Assembly (NCBI GenBank): GCA_030704615.1
Contig: CM060732.1
Coordinates: forward strand, 14,632,001-14,696,000
Length of the DNA: 64,000 nucleotides
Reading direction: 5' to 3'
Source of the DNA: Takakia lepidozioides
Taxonomy: Eukaryota > Plantae > Bryophyta
Both the position numbers and the translations under genes were made by a program. Positions 1-13,519 of this stretch are shown one piece after another. Position 1 is the first letter of the stretch. Every line of letters starts with the position of its first letter. The notes under the pieces are model-generated. The model was not told the DNA's origin. It ran no database searches and was given only the letters and a program-made list of their open reading frames with translations.

Positions 1-828
1 TCTTAAGCTCACGGTGCAAACCAGTGAGGGTTGATTCGTCATTCTAGACTTTGGACATTATATGGTCTTCCTACAGTTGATTTCAGCTGTCACAGCCTGG
101 GCAGGTAATCATCATAGCCCACAATATTAGTTTTTTATATTGTTCTCCTAGGTGCACTGAAAAGTTTTGCTAGTTGCTTCTATAATGTGTTGGTGGCCTA
201 TGAAGAATATGAGGTTGTAATTATGGGGTGCAGTTAGCTCCTCATGTTAAACAATTAGTGGGGACCAAAAACCCCTCGAAAATTGGGAAATGTCACTATT
301 CCCCATTTTCAGCCCGGCCTTGCCTCAGCACTCTTTCTTGCTCCCCTCCCTCACAGCCAGCCTCACAGTAATAATCGCATGAAAGACATACTTGGCCTGA
401 TCTGCCCCTAGGTGAGCACCAAATGCCCAAGCATGTGGTGAATGCTCGAGCTCTGTCATGCAGGAAGTGGTGATGCCTCAAAAGTTCAAGTTACACCAAA
501 GTGGGTCTGAATGGGCGGTGGGAACAAGTTTGACAAGTGAAAGAATTTCAATGAATGATATTTGAGAGCAATGGCTGATCCTTGCAAGGTTGTTCCAATT
601 GCAAGTATCTGATTCCAATAGCCAACTTTGAAATTGGCTGTTGTGAAAGTAAAACTGCCTGTTTCAAGAGGGTGTTCCGTGTTAACTACAATGGTTTTAG
701 TTCGAACACACAATAAAGGGCCACACATTTGGCAGATACACTGTTGAAATGCAAAAAATTCCAGACATGCAGGGCTATGAGAATGGTACAGCGCCAGAAA
801 TCTTAAAAGAAGTTTCAAATTGATTTGA

Positions 829-3800
829 TCAATTATGAAACCCATCGGCTCCCTGTTCGACATCATCAGTTTTTAGATTCCCATTTTGTGCCATAAAAAT
901 CCGGTAGACTCTCCGAGAGCAGGCTGGCCCCACTCGCCGGGACCCCTCTGAACTAAATAACCCTTCTCTCAAAAGATCTTCTAGAAGTAGCTCCTTCTGA
1001 TGAACCTGCTTCATAAACCGTGGTCAATTTCCAAATGATGATGTACTGGTGTCATCCAGACTAAGAAGGGCCTAGTATCTAGCTGTCCTCAGTGGACCAC
1101 ATACCCTAAACATGTACCCCTGTCAGTTGAACCCAGAACACTGACTGTTGCCCAACTACTGGTCTACCTGTTGGAAGTTATGATTTCAGTAAACTTGGTA
1201 TTGATGGATATTAAGATTGACTTAGTCGCGAGTAGAGATCCTTTCAACCCCGAGAATTTATGCAATTGAAATTATTAGGGTTTAATTTAGAAAACATGTT
1301 TTTTGTACTAATGGTAATGGAGTCAAATTCTTGTTCACAGCTCATTCAGTGCCCAAACATGAATCTGATGAGCTGCAACCCCGTCTGTACCAGAGGATTC
1401 ACTTCCATGTCCATACCACCAGTGACTACTATCCACGAATTTACAAAGAGAGAAACTCACAGTCTTTGTTGGGTCAAGATAAGAATTGAAGAGGGTGCGC
1501 ATGCTTGGGTACTTCTTAGCAATTGCCATTGCACACGCTCCTGGAACTTTTGGAAGTGCAACCAGAGCCTTCAGCCTGTATTGGAGTAGAGGTGGGTTGA
1601 AAATTATACAAAGTGAGACTCTCCATCTTCATGCGTTGTCTGTGCAAGGGGTAACTGGCAGTGGGAGCACTAGAAGTGTCTTGGCCACAGTTAACTACAT
1701 GCAAATGAGCTCAACCAATTGTAGTATCAGAGCAGTACTCTTCTATACCAGCTAGGGCAAAGCTCAATTCTCCGAGTGGCAAGCCATTCAAGATGAGAAA
1801 GTATGATGCCCTATAGAGATTGTCATCCAACTGGTTAATCTCATGCGAAAGATGGTCACAAGGAATCCATATAATGGCAAATCATATTGCTTGTGAAAAA
1901 TAAGGGTGGAAAAGGCAATGAAGTCAACTCACCAAACACTCTTCTTGATTTCTTCCTTAAAGGGATCACTCTTCTGGACATGGTCCCCATTCTTGCTAAC
2001 TGACAGAGGTGTCAGCTTCGACCTGCAATGAAACCACGTGTCAGCAAACCACAATCTGTGACCAAGAACCTTGATCTACAATTAGAGGGGTGAAGATGTA
2101 AAACAACATATCTACCGAAAACAGACCCCCACGGTTACATTAGATTTTGGTTAACATGGTTTGATGGGAACATATGACAACCCATTTAATGCCAACTGAG
2201 AGCTTTCTTAAAGAAATTGTAAAAAAATGCAAGAATTGGTTTACTTTTTGACTGGTGCCAAGCAGCCCATGAGGAATATCCCACTCTGCTCTGGCCCCTG
2301 CTCTGCCCCTCCCTACTCCGAAGTACATGTCTAGATTGTCTACCCAAGAAAATGCACCACAACCAGGTCCTCATGGCAAGAATACCATAAAAAGCCATAA
2401 ATAGGACATCCCAAATAGGTACATTTCAGTCTATTATGATACATTGTACATTTTATGAGAGAAATTAGGAAGTACTTAAACGGGCATTCAGCCAGACTGC
2501 GCATAAGTCCAGTCACATGGTCTGCCACTTCAGCTTCATCCAGGCACAACCGCGATCGCACGCCTGTAAAGTGCGTCACAAGTCGAGCCAAAGCCTGCAA
2601 TTGCATAAGCTTGCAAAATCATCCGATTGCAATGCTTGATTACATCTCCCACAACAAACAGAGACTTTATTTTGCTCCCTGAGCTGCATATAAGGCATTA
2701 ACCAAGGACAATGTACACCAAATGGAAAGGAAATCATCACCTGCTCAATAGGTGGACGGCTCCAGCCAGATTCACCATGTTTATATTGTGTTTGATCCCT
2801 GCCCCCCAAAAACATAATACATTCAGGCAACATTTGTACCAGGCAGTTCCATAGCCTCCGTAGTAGAGGAAGAATGTACGCATAGTTGGTGCCCAAGCAT
2901 TCCTAGCTACATTCCTAGCTTGTACTAGGAGAATGAGGAGAAGCGGATACATGGGTTGGCATTCATACATTCATGCCAGACGATGATATTTGGTCCAGCA
3001 CTGCTACTTTAGCTCTAGCTTGAACAGATGTAACACATCACTGAGGGGTTTCCCCCTGTCTGGAATTTGAGAATACACTTGAAAAAGAAAGACATCAATT
3101 CTGCAGGAGGCCCACAAATGGACTCAGGTACAACACAAATAGAATGTCGAAGAACCACAGCAACCAGAGAACAACTCAGAGCTCAGGCGTTGCATTATGC
3201 AGAAAACAGAGAGGGAGAGTGCTCACTTCTTCTGCAAAAACCACATAAGCTTGTTGATCAAATAGCAAACTGTGAAGCCTGGGTACCGCTTCTGCACTGT
3301 GTGGATGTGGGCATGCAGCATGTTCTCAGCCACCATGTTTGCAAATTCCTCAGCTTCCAGAATAAACAGAACATATGGGACATCGACTTCCTCCAGCACC
3401 AGCTGACCAAGATGGGCTTCAAGATTCTTCAGAAAGAAGAAAAAATAGCTTTCATAAACATATATCAATGCAAGAGCACTTCCATAGTACTTCTGTCATT
3501 TACTAACCTCACTACCAACAATGGCTCAGAGCACTTCCTCATAAGGTATCACCATTTAAAAGACAACTTTTCCCGATCTCATCCTGCAATTCATGAAGGA
3601 GGGATGGATATGGACAGAGAGATGTATGACTACCTGTGAGCCAAGGGCTTCGCTCTGACTGTCAAGGTCCTCAGAGTCCAAGAATTGGGACTCCAAATCT
3701 TCAAGGCAATCTGGAGTGGGACGCTTCATGCGCCAGATGATGGACTTCTCCAGTGGATTCGAAACCAGCTGGAATTGTAAGTGCTTCTCCGCAAACCGAC

Positions 3801-6068
3801 TCAAAAGATGGCCTGCACAGTGCACAGCAATATTGCACTGCTGAGCTGCCTGTGTAGGTTGAAGATTTAAACTTAACCTTTACTTCAGATATTTTTTAGT
3901 TCCAAACAAGTGAGCAATCACCCTGATCACTGCATGACTAATAGCGCATACTGAGTCATTTTGCACTACTTCCAATCTACAGTCCAATCTACGGTCCAAT
4001 CACAGCAAAACACCTGCAGAAACTGCTCAGGTTGACGAGGCTAGAGATATCTCATCTCTAGTTCCCATCTTGCAAAGAACAGCAATTTGCAGAGTAATGT
4101 GGAGTAGAAATATATCACAAACAAAAAGAAAGAAAGAAAGAAAGAGTAAAGAACAAGGAAGCTTGATAAGGTCCAAGGAAAGCCCAAAGAAGGTATGGGC
4201 AATAAGACAACAATAACACCAGAAAGGCTTACCTCCAATGAAGCCTTTTTCCACAACTCTGGTGTCGATGAGCGCCCTTGTGTTCTGTAGAGCAAATTTG
4301 CCTTTCTCCCATCTGTTCTTTTCATGCTCCACCTTCCTTCTTTCCCTTGCCTCAGCCTTTGCAGATTCCTTCCACAGCTTTTCTTCCTGTCCACATGTGT
4401 TCCAAAAATGCATTATGTAGCACTGTGCATTAAGTGGGATTTCTCCTTGTATATGGAGTCGCATGGGACTCAAACCCACAACAGCCATGTCATGCAAACG
4501 AGAAGAATCACCACCACCGACAAACAAGACAAGAAAATGGCATTCCGTTCATGATACATATAAGTATGGTTCGCTCTCCCCTCCTTTCATAGCTCTGGGC
4601 AAATTTTTTCCCTATGCTCCAGTGTTGATGAGGCCGTGGTACAGTACCTCTCGCTTTCTGCGATTCCCCTCCTGCAGCTGCTTCTTGGATTCCTCCTTCT
4701 GTCGTTTCTTCTCTTCTCTCTCCTCCGCTTTTCTCAATCGCTCTGCCTCTTTTGCACGAAGCTTTTCACGAAGCGTTTCGGCCCGCTCCAGTGCCTTATC
4801 CTCTTCACTCACCTTTTGACCTCTTGGAACCTTTCTCCTCTTGTTTACCTCCTCACAGCAATCCTCCTCATCATTTCCATAGACATCGTCAAAAGGTGAT
4901 TCACAGGCAGGGATGCAACCCAACAAAGCTTTCGGTCTCTTTTTTGCATTACCATCTCCAGTAACCTGTGATCCACAGCTGAGATTCTGAAACCTTCCCT
5001 CCGAAGTCTGCTCACTCCCAACCCCGCCGCTATCGATATCGAATGGTGACACACTGGGTGGGACGCTACTCAATAGATTCTTTGTAGAAGATGGCAAACA
5101 ATCCACCATATTGGGTGGCGGCCTGCCGCTTCCTAAAGGATCCAGAGTGCAGTTTTTATTCTCAGGATCAACCCGAGAAATCTCGGCACAAGCCTTATTC
5201 ACCTGCTCAACTCTTTGACTGGGGAAAGGACCATAGGGTGCCTGGAAGCTCAGTTCACTTATGATGACGCATTCGTTTACTGCATTCTTCTTTTTGGAGC
5301 CTATTAATTCGCATGCTTCACCAGACGGACCTGTGATATTGGCAGTTATATTATCTCTTTTAGTCTGAATCTGAGCAGTTTCCTCCAAATCATCCATCCA
5401 ATCTAGACGTAAATCCTTTGCTCCCCAGGTCTTCGCGCAGGGCTTCGCAGCACCGTCGGACTCTGTGTCGGAGTCCAGACATACAACATTGCCTGTTACT
5501 GCATTCCAGCCAAGAGCACACACACATCAGGAGCTATCCGGAAATCAATGCCAACGAATTTGCTTTGCTAATCCCCGCGTCGACAAAGGTAATGTACGCA
5601 CTGTAGGTGCTGCAGCTCATGTGTACCCGACAGAAGCCCTAAAACCCGCAACATCCAAAAGTCACAAACAAGGAAAAGGGCAGACATCGCACCAGAAGGC
5701 TTTTTAGGAGGCCGGGAACTGCTCGCCTTCGTGCCTCGAGACACAGCTTGCAAAGGCTCAGAGTCCGACAATGAAACAACCACCGCTTGGTTGCGATCCT
5801 GGTCAAGTCGGTTTGATGCTCGCATCTTGGGGCCCGAGCCTGCTTGAGCAGCTACAGAGTTGCGAGGAATCCTTGAATCCAAAAACCCACCCTTTTCTTC
5901 TACATACTTGGCGTCGACCATCTTGGGAGGACTCAAATGAAAGCTACAGCGCTTGACCTGTTTGAATGGCAGTTTTTGTTGAACCCGTTGAGCTAAATCG
6001 CCCTTCCAATCCACAAGCAAATGGCTATCTGCGTCTTCTGGGTCTGAGTCTGACATCCCTCGGGGCAT
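829..6068 (-). CDS. EME1: Crossover junction endonuclease subunit EME1 (multi-exon)
   Basis: Exon peptides in order: KEESKK / EEKLWKESAKAEARERRKVEHEKNRWEKGKFALQNTRALIDTRVVEKGFIGG / HLLSRFAEKHLQFQLVSNPLEKSIIWRM / VPYVLFILEAEEFANMV / ALARLVTHFTGVRSRLCLDEAEVADHVTGLMRSLAECPF / LKALVALPKVPGACAMAIAKKYPSMRTLFNSYLDPTKT / VHQKELLLEDLL...RRVGPACSRRVYRIFMAQNGNLKTDDVEQGADGF*. These match plant EME1 as recalled. GT-AG borders are visible (last exon 829-1005). The start at ATG 6068 is inferred. Confidence 0.9.
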
Positions 6069-7872
6069 GGTGCTCAAAGAAAAATCCACGAATCCCCACC
6101 GGCCCCCAACAAATTGTGTGAAGGATTGCCTTGAGTGCCTCGGGAGGACACAGACCTTCTCAGCTGTTCCTTCTTCTCTCGTCTCGCTTCCCGCCTCCTG
6201 CGACCGGCTGCGCCGGTTGTCGTTCCGTTCAGTTCAAACTGTGGAATGCCTTTGGACGTCCGCGGACACCGTGCACTCCGTAGGTACGTAGGAACCACTG
6301 TGGGTAGTGCCTTTCTAAGGAACACACGTGTCATGCGTGAACTAAGTCCAGACCTAGTTCACTTGGTGTCCGGATCCGGGATTTTGAAATTGGGATTTTC
6401 CATGTAGGTAAACTGGCCTATGACCGTTATAGTGCCTATGACCGGCCACCTCATAACTGCTTGGGTCAGGCCCCATTGCTGGGCCCAAGACCTATTTGAA
6501 GAGGGAGGTTGGCTAGTGTGCGAGCTCGCTCACCTTAGCAGACAGGCATATTGTGCATATTCCCTAAGTACTTAAGAATATGCAACAGATAAACGAAAAT
6601 GCGCTCAAGCAACAAAATTACGAAACATGTTCAATTTTTATTTTTTTACTTTTATTTTTATTTTTCAGAAAGAGGGACGGAGGCCTCAAATTTTTTATAG
6701 ATAATGGACCCAACTATTCAAGAATTACAACGCATAAGAGTGTCACATAGGGATGGAAAAAATAACCATCTATGAGGCCATGAAAGCTTAATGCGGGGAG
6801 ACCACAGACAAAAGAAAGGACTGAAGGAATAATGCGAGGGGGACTGATGAAGGATCCGAAAAGAATTAGGATGAGACATAGCTGAAATATCCGAGACGAT
6901 GGTGGAGTAGTGACAAAGAGTGAAACCAAGTACTGGGAAAAAAAGGGGGGGGAATGAATCTTGCAAGAAGTAAGGCAGACAGCTGAATCTAATCCTAGAA
7001 CTTAAGCTGCATTTTCAATTTGTTATCTCTTGCCCGCCTGTGCCTCCAATTGAAAGTCGCCCTCCTCGCCTTCACCAAAGGATTTCCCATTGCGTGGGAA
7101 TGGCTTCATTCCAATTTGGAAATACGGGAGCCGAGCAAGCCGCCCTTGCCCCAGGAGAGATTGAAATCCTGGTAGAGCTGCCTCCTGCATTGATCCGAAG
7201 CTCTGGGAAGAGCTGCACATAGAGAAAGCGGGCAGTTGTAGGATTGGGTGGATCAAAAGCGGCACATGTTGAGTCCATTGGAAGTCCATGGATTTATTTT
7301 TATTTTTTTGAGTCTATTGTTTTTAGTTTATTTTATAAAAAAAATAGATAGTAGTATACATAACATTTTTAGTAAAGAGTCCATCCTCAAATATTGAAAA
7401 CATTATTTACTAGATATTTAAATCTTTAATTTGAAAAAACATTTAAACGTCAAAATCTAGAGTTTACAACCATTTGTCCATATACCACATGACACCTCTA
7501 GATTATAGGTTTGTATGTCTTTTTAGTAAAAGATGACACCTCAAAAACCCAAAACATAAGATGTTATGGACTAGAGCAAATCAACCTGTTTTTAGGTGCA
7601 AAATAGTCCATAGCTCTTAAGCCCTGAGATAACTCGTCCATATAAAAGTGGATTTGGGTTGGATTTAAAAATAGCACCCCTAGTGTGTTTTCCTTTGTGC
7701 CATTGTATGAGTGTACATCATGTTTTTTCAGTCCATAAGATTTTATGTGTAACATTTGCACTCCACAGTAATCAACTTCAAAAGTCCATGGCTCTCTAGT
7801 ACATGATTGTTTTTGCAATCTGGCAATTGATACACATACCTATTGTAGTTAGAAACCCTACACCATATAAAT

Positions 7873-9582
7873 TTAGATGAAATATTGAGTTGTTGGACAA
7901 ATATGGGTAAAACCATAGAGGGAGGTCACTGTAGAAACTGCCATGTTACGCAAAAACTGAGACACCCAATCCTGAAAATACCCAAGCCATGCTTTACACC
8001 CCTCAGTCATATGATCCCTATAAATGCAGTATAGAATGCATCTGATGCTGGGGGTTTTCCCCTCGTGAAGCCAGGAACATCTTGCTTTCCAAACATTCCA
8101 CAAGGAGTGAGCTCTTAAACATGACATTTGATCATAGGCAGGCCTGGAAGATATAATTCAGCAAAGGCAGCGTAGAACTAGGGAAGATTGGCAGAGCTCT
8201 CCAATTGGAGTAGAAATTGAAGACATGGTGCCAAACCCTAGGACATAGATAGAGGCAGTGCTCTAAAGATTCATGCATGCAGTGGCCAATACATAGAGAG
8301 CAGGGAGTAGCATTGTGGCATGGGATCGAAGCAATTGGTAGGACTCTGTGAGCAACTCTACAGAGGAAGGCCAAGACTTTTGAGCATCTGTCCTCCTGCC
8401 AAATATCCTCCCAAACATTCCCCAAGGCTTCGTTTGGAAATCCAAAATGTGCCCAATTTTTTGCCATTTTACAGAGAAGGATTGGGGAGGCGATAAGAGC
8501 GAATAACGAAGCTTCACGGAGTATGCAAAGAAAGGGGAATGAGGCGGATCCATCCATTTCCATTCCCCAGGTTTGAATTGCAGACCAGCCAAGGGGTGCC
8601 TGAGGAACCATGCCAAGTTAGCCAGTCTTGCCCATTCCAGTTTAGTGCCTTGCGGGGGGGCTGGGTTTATGTTGCCCTTACCATCAAACACCCTTATGTG
8701 AAACAAAGTGGACTTTCTTTTACAAGCAAAACCAGAGACTCGAAGCTGGCCGAGGAGGTTGGTCTGAAACCCAATGCCCGAGACTGTTTCATCTTGGCAT
8801 TGAAGAACTAGAATAATCGGCGGGGAGAGCTAGGGCTCTGAGGCCATCCAGATTGGCATTGGGGGTAATTACGATTCAACAAAGGAATCATGAAGGCTGG
8901 AATTTGAGATTTGATGGAGGACTAGGATTGAGATCGTCGATCTTGGACCCATAACTAAAGAGATAAGAGAAGTTGGCATAAAATCCCCTTGTTTCCAAAT
9001 GGAGCCTACGTGAGTGAATCCAGCTCCTTCCCAAGCAGCCCATTTGGGCTTGAGAAACAATAGAGATTCTGAATCCAAATCATAATTTCTTTTGGCTTTC
9101 CCTTCAGTTGCAGTCATAAAGGTAGATGGTGATCTAACGGGGTGAAGTGACATGAGTTCCAAGGTCTTGAACCTAAAGACGATCCCCTCCCAGGACCCTA
9201 GACAATCCATCTTAGACTAGAGTGGGCCAGGATGAGGGATAGGCACCAAGTAAGCACGGCTGAACAAGTCTGCTCCAGGGGCTTGTGAAGTATTTCAACG
9301 CCCTAGGGATCCATTTAGCCAAGAGAGCCATTACTTGTGCTTCAGGATCAATTAGACCCAACCCTCCCTATTTTTTTGGGTGGTCCAGAGCTGGGACCAT
9401 GACACCAAGGCCCTTCTGTTGGGGAAGCTGGGGAGACACCCAATAAAAAGTTCATTCTGAGGGCTTTGACCTCCTTAATGAAAGCAGAGTCCAGGGCCTG
9501 TACCGCAGCAAAAAACCAGACCGAGCCCAGCAGAATCTGATTTACAACCAAAGCCCTACCAGCTATTGATAACATAGCCGAG
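7873..9582 (-). mobile_element. L1-type LINE ORF2, 3' part (post-RT region, zf-RVT), degenerate
   Basis: LSIAGRALVVNQILLGSVWFF; KVLAFLCRVAHRVLP...CSLC...ESLEHCLYLCP; LWNVWKARCSWLHEG. Frameshifted. The true 3' end is not fixed and may extend to an A-rich tail near 6640-6665. Confidence 0.8.
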
Positions 9583-9819
9583 GAGGTTAGCTATTTCATG
9601 AGCATGAGCGGCATGAGCGGAGTAGCAAGACAATCGGTTTTCATGAGCAGAAGTACAAATTTCGAAAATAAAAAAAACATTATAAAACATTAATTTAATG
9701 GAATGTGTCAGAAAAAACAAATATATTATTCGGCACCTTGAAGGGGAAATTGTAGTTTTGAGAGTTGTGCTCATGATATTTCGTCTTCCGATCATGCCAA
9801 TTCCCAGCGACATGTGCAA

Positions 9820-10220
9820 AAATGGCGCCGAATTTTGCGGTAATAGGGTCTGTAACCGAAAAGAATCGCGACGTATTTCGTGGTAATAGGTCTCTCTGGC
9901 GAAAAATGGTGCCGAATTCCGCGGCTATAGGTCCCCTCATGACAGGTGTGTAAGCCCAAAATTTGGAAATGTGGCGCCGAATTTCGATACATGGTGCCGG
10001 GGATTGCACAGATGTTGGGCAGTTCTGGGCCATGTAACTGGAAATTCGGCGCCATTTTTCCAGACATCGTTCCCGAGCATGTTCGGACTTAGCCAGTTTT
10101 CGGCCCAAAATAGGGAAATTCGGCGCCATTTTTCCAGACACAGGGGTACCAGTGCATGTTGGGACTTAGCCAGTTTTCGGCCCAAAATAGAGAAATTCGG
10201 CGCCATTTTTCCAAAAATGG
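9820..10220. repeat. Array 1 of the AAATTCGGCGCC(GAATTT/ATTTT) motif, left subterminal region of the MULE
   Basis: Repeated aaatggcgccgaattt / gaaattcggcgccattttt and ggacttagcca motifs in both orientations. Confidence 0.85.
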
Positions 10221-10369
10221 CCCCACAACTGCTTCTGTTGGATCTCAGTTTGAATGGAATATTGCCTCATTCCAGGAGTTTTGGGGTGCATTTCATTACA
10301 CTGCAAAAAAAAGTCTGATACATGAAAATGCAATTGAAAATATCCATATGGAGGATTCCCTTTGCCCAA

Positions 10370-13267
10370 TCAATGATTTCTTGAATCCCTAAGGAGGAGT
10401 TTGTGCAACTCGTTCACGCTCAACGCCGGTGCATGAATAAAGTCATCAATAGTCACGTTCATCCTCAATCTCTTCAAGTAAATGTAATACAGATGCTTGC
10501 ACGGATAATACTTTGAACCCTTCTTTGCTTCCATCAACGAGAAGTCCGTACAATTGCAAGTCGGCTCCACTCCAATCGTAATTGTGTATACATCGTCGCG
10601 TACAACCGAGCCGGCCGTTGCCATCCGATAAACACGCCCAAGGCCGGGTGGAGGTACGTCCACGGAGCTCTAAATAGTGCAAGCCATCCCAAGAGCATTG
10701 GCAATCCGAGTCTCATTCAACTTGTTGGGAGGGTGTCGTCTCTTCACTCTTCCGAATCGCATTGTGGGATGTGCAGAATTGTCCAATCCGTCTCTACTGG
10801 ACCGAGTAGTCTGCAATGGCTGGGTCTGAGGAACTGGAAATACGTGGGTCGGGACGTCTGTGCGTTGCACCATTCGAAATCCTGCTGCAGATATAGCATC
10901 CGCCTCATTCTGAGAGAGGCTGCAACCCGGTGCAACAGGCCAGACGCCTGGAGGCTCCGGCATTCCCTGAATCCCGTATTTGGGCTTGCCAAATACACAG
11001 GTCATTATGTCGTGCCTACAGAACCAAAACGTCTGCGTTGTGGCGTGAGCAAATGTGGGAGTCAAAAATCTGTCGCTGAAACAAGGTGCAGGTACAGCAC
11101 CGTGTGGGTTCTTCCGAATCATCTCACCACAGCGTGCTCTCGTATCCACCCGAATGGCGCAACACTTCCCTCGAAAGCCGGCAATGTCCTTGCAATTCTC
11201 CACTGTGACTCCGACACTCTTGTCTCCACAATGGGTATGTTGTACTGCGTTACTACAGATGGCTCGTTATGTTCCTCGGGCACGTGCCCTGTGCTCAAAC
11301 GAGATGGTGATCTTGAACGTACAGGACTTGCGGTGCTCGACGAGACCTCCTCGGGCAACATCACGGGACCACGAGGGAGCGTGCGAATATTCTTGTCAGC
11401 TTGCCATGAATCCTCTTCCCCGTCAGGTGCCTCGTCAAGTCTTTGTCTCACTGGATGGGTATGAACATCTCCTTCCAAATGTTGGCCTCTTCGAAGCAAT
11501 GGCGTGTCCCGAAGGCCCTCTCGCAAGGCCGCCGCCCACTTCCGAGGATTCTTCGATCTGGAGGCAGTCCGCATCAGCATTTCCTGCCTGTCCGGCCCCA
11601 AGCCCCACTGTTTCCCTTTCAAGAACTTGTTGTACCTGCATTGCTGCATAATTGACCTCACAATGTCCTCCGTTGTGGCAGTGAGATGTCCACCAGATGC
11701 GCCGCAGAGGAGGCACGCCAGGAAGAATGCACTGATTCGGCCATGTTTGTCGTGGGCATGTCGGTGTCGGAGTCGAGACACATTTCCTGCACAAACACAT
11801 GTTGAGGTTACAAGCAAGTTACAAATAATGCCAAGAATAATATTCAACGGGACGCGAATTCGTGCAACTCACCTCCCGCATATAGTCGCCGAAACTGGAG
11901 GAAACGATAATGCCACCATGCCAGCCAACTGACCATTGCTCCCTCGTCTGATTTCCTTACAGCACCTGACGATGTCCACCAAGCCCGTATATATGCAAAC
12001 TGTGTCTCTGCATCATCCAAGGTGGGAGCGCGCTTCCACGCAAGACACATGGAACGGTGCTCATCTCTGAAATCTGGCGCCACAAGCCTGGTTGTGTACT
12101 GCGAAAGGCTCTGCAGAAAATGGAACCCATAAGATCTCTCCTTGCCTTCCATGGGAACATTGGGGTCTTGCCCATACACCCTTCGATGGCAGCCCAATTT
12201 GCTTGTGCGTTGTCCGCCATGAAACCACGGAAATTGGGAGGGGGCAATCCCGCCTTGGCCATCTGTTCATTTATTCCCTGCCAAAGAAGCATCTCCGATT
12301 GTGTGTCCTCTCCTTTCATCTCACAAATAGCAATTGTCATTAGCATCCTGCAGTGGGTGTCGTAGATATGTGCACCCATTGTCATCCACTGGTGATTTGT
12401 AATTCGCTTGATATGGTCGAACATGACCCAACTGTTTGACAAGTCCCCACTCGTCATCCTATCGACCAGTTCGACGCCGCTGCCAGGTCTACACGTGGAC
12501 ATTTTGAATACGAAACAACGATCTGCCTCAGTCCCTTGTCCTGGAAACCTACTTCCATGAATGTAGTCATATCCACATCGTCGCTTCACCTCCAGAATGG
12601 AGTGCATATCCGAGCCACGCCCAATTTTCTGTTTGCATGAGACAATGTGGTTTCGGACATTCGGTGAACATACGTGGGACACCGACTCCAGCAATGCCTC
12701 CATTTCCTTCTCATCGAAAGGAACTCTATCGGAGCTGTCTTCCGACATAACTCTGGCCAATGCCATCTTATGGGCGGCTTGGAGCTGTATCTGTTTGGGT
12801 TTGGCTTCCGGTCTCAACTTAACCTCCTCCTGAACGAGCTGCTCTGCCTCGTGGGCAGCCTCTCGCGAGTTCCCCCTCGCCAATTTGTGACAATGGGAAC
12901 CAACGTGTATGCAAGCTCGGGTGAGGTCAGGGAAACGGTGCAACACATAGAACTGCTTGGCATTACAAACAGACATGCAGTGTGGTGGTTCTTTGCAATG
13001 CGCACACTTAAATGTGGAGTTCGGAACCTTCTCCTGAGCTCGAAATGGTTGATGAGTTGTGCCTGTCCAATCGGTCTCGTTCCTGTGACCTCTCGTCCCC
13101 GGTTTCAGGTGGTATCGAACGCACAGATATTTCTCCATCACCCGGCAGATGTCCCCTCTGCACGGAAATAAAGCTCTATGCTCGTGAGGAGGGCAGTACA
13201 CTGTAGCACTCGGGTTTTCCGCCATGGGAGATGTGCACACAAGACTCCCAGGATGGCATGCGGGCAA
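10370..13267 (-). pseudogene. MULE-type DDE transposase with N-terminal Cys/His (WRKY-GCM1-like) region and C-terminal SWIM zinc finger; frameshifted
   Basis: CAHCKEPPHCMSVC...CIHVGSHCH; WVMFDHIKR (first D); FRGFMADNAQANWAAI (second D); ERSYGFHF (degenerate CxxH); WLAWWHYR; SWIM TCNCTDF...PCKHLYYIY at about 10480-10565. Frameshift near 12180; probable intron about 11787-11872. Confidence 0.8.
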
Positions 13268-13519
13268 GCTCCCTGGTAGAAGGAGGATGCAGCGATGGGA
13301 AGGAATGCGGTGCCGATTTGTCCGAGCGACGAAGCCTGATCCAAATCCAGGGAGCCAACTATCTCAAAAATCCACAGTCAGAGTGTTAATGAACCTTGTC
13401 TCAGGAATGCGGCCCCTGGTCTTTGCGCAATAACTGCCAACGGTATGCAGTCAGAAAGTGGGGGGCCGTCCGGATGATGTCGGCTGAAGGGGAGAAGCCG
13501 GCACTGGGCCGTCACATTA

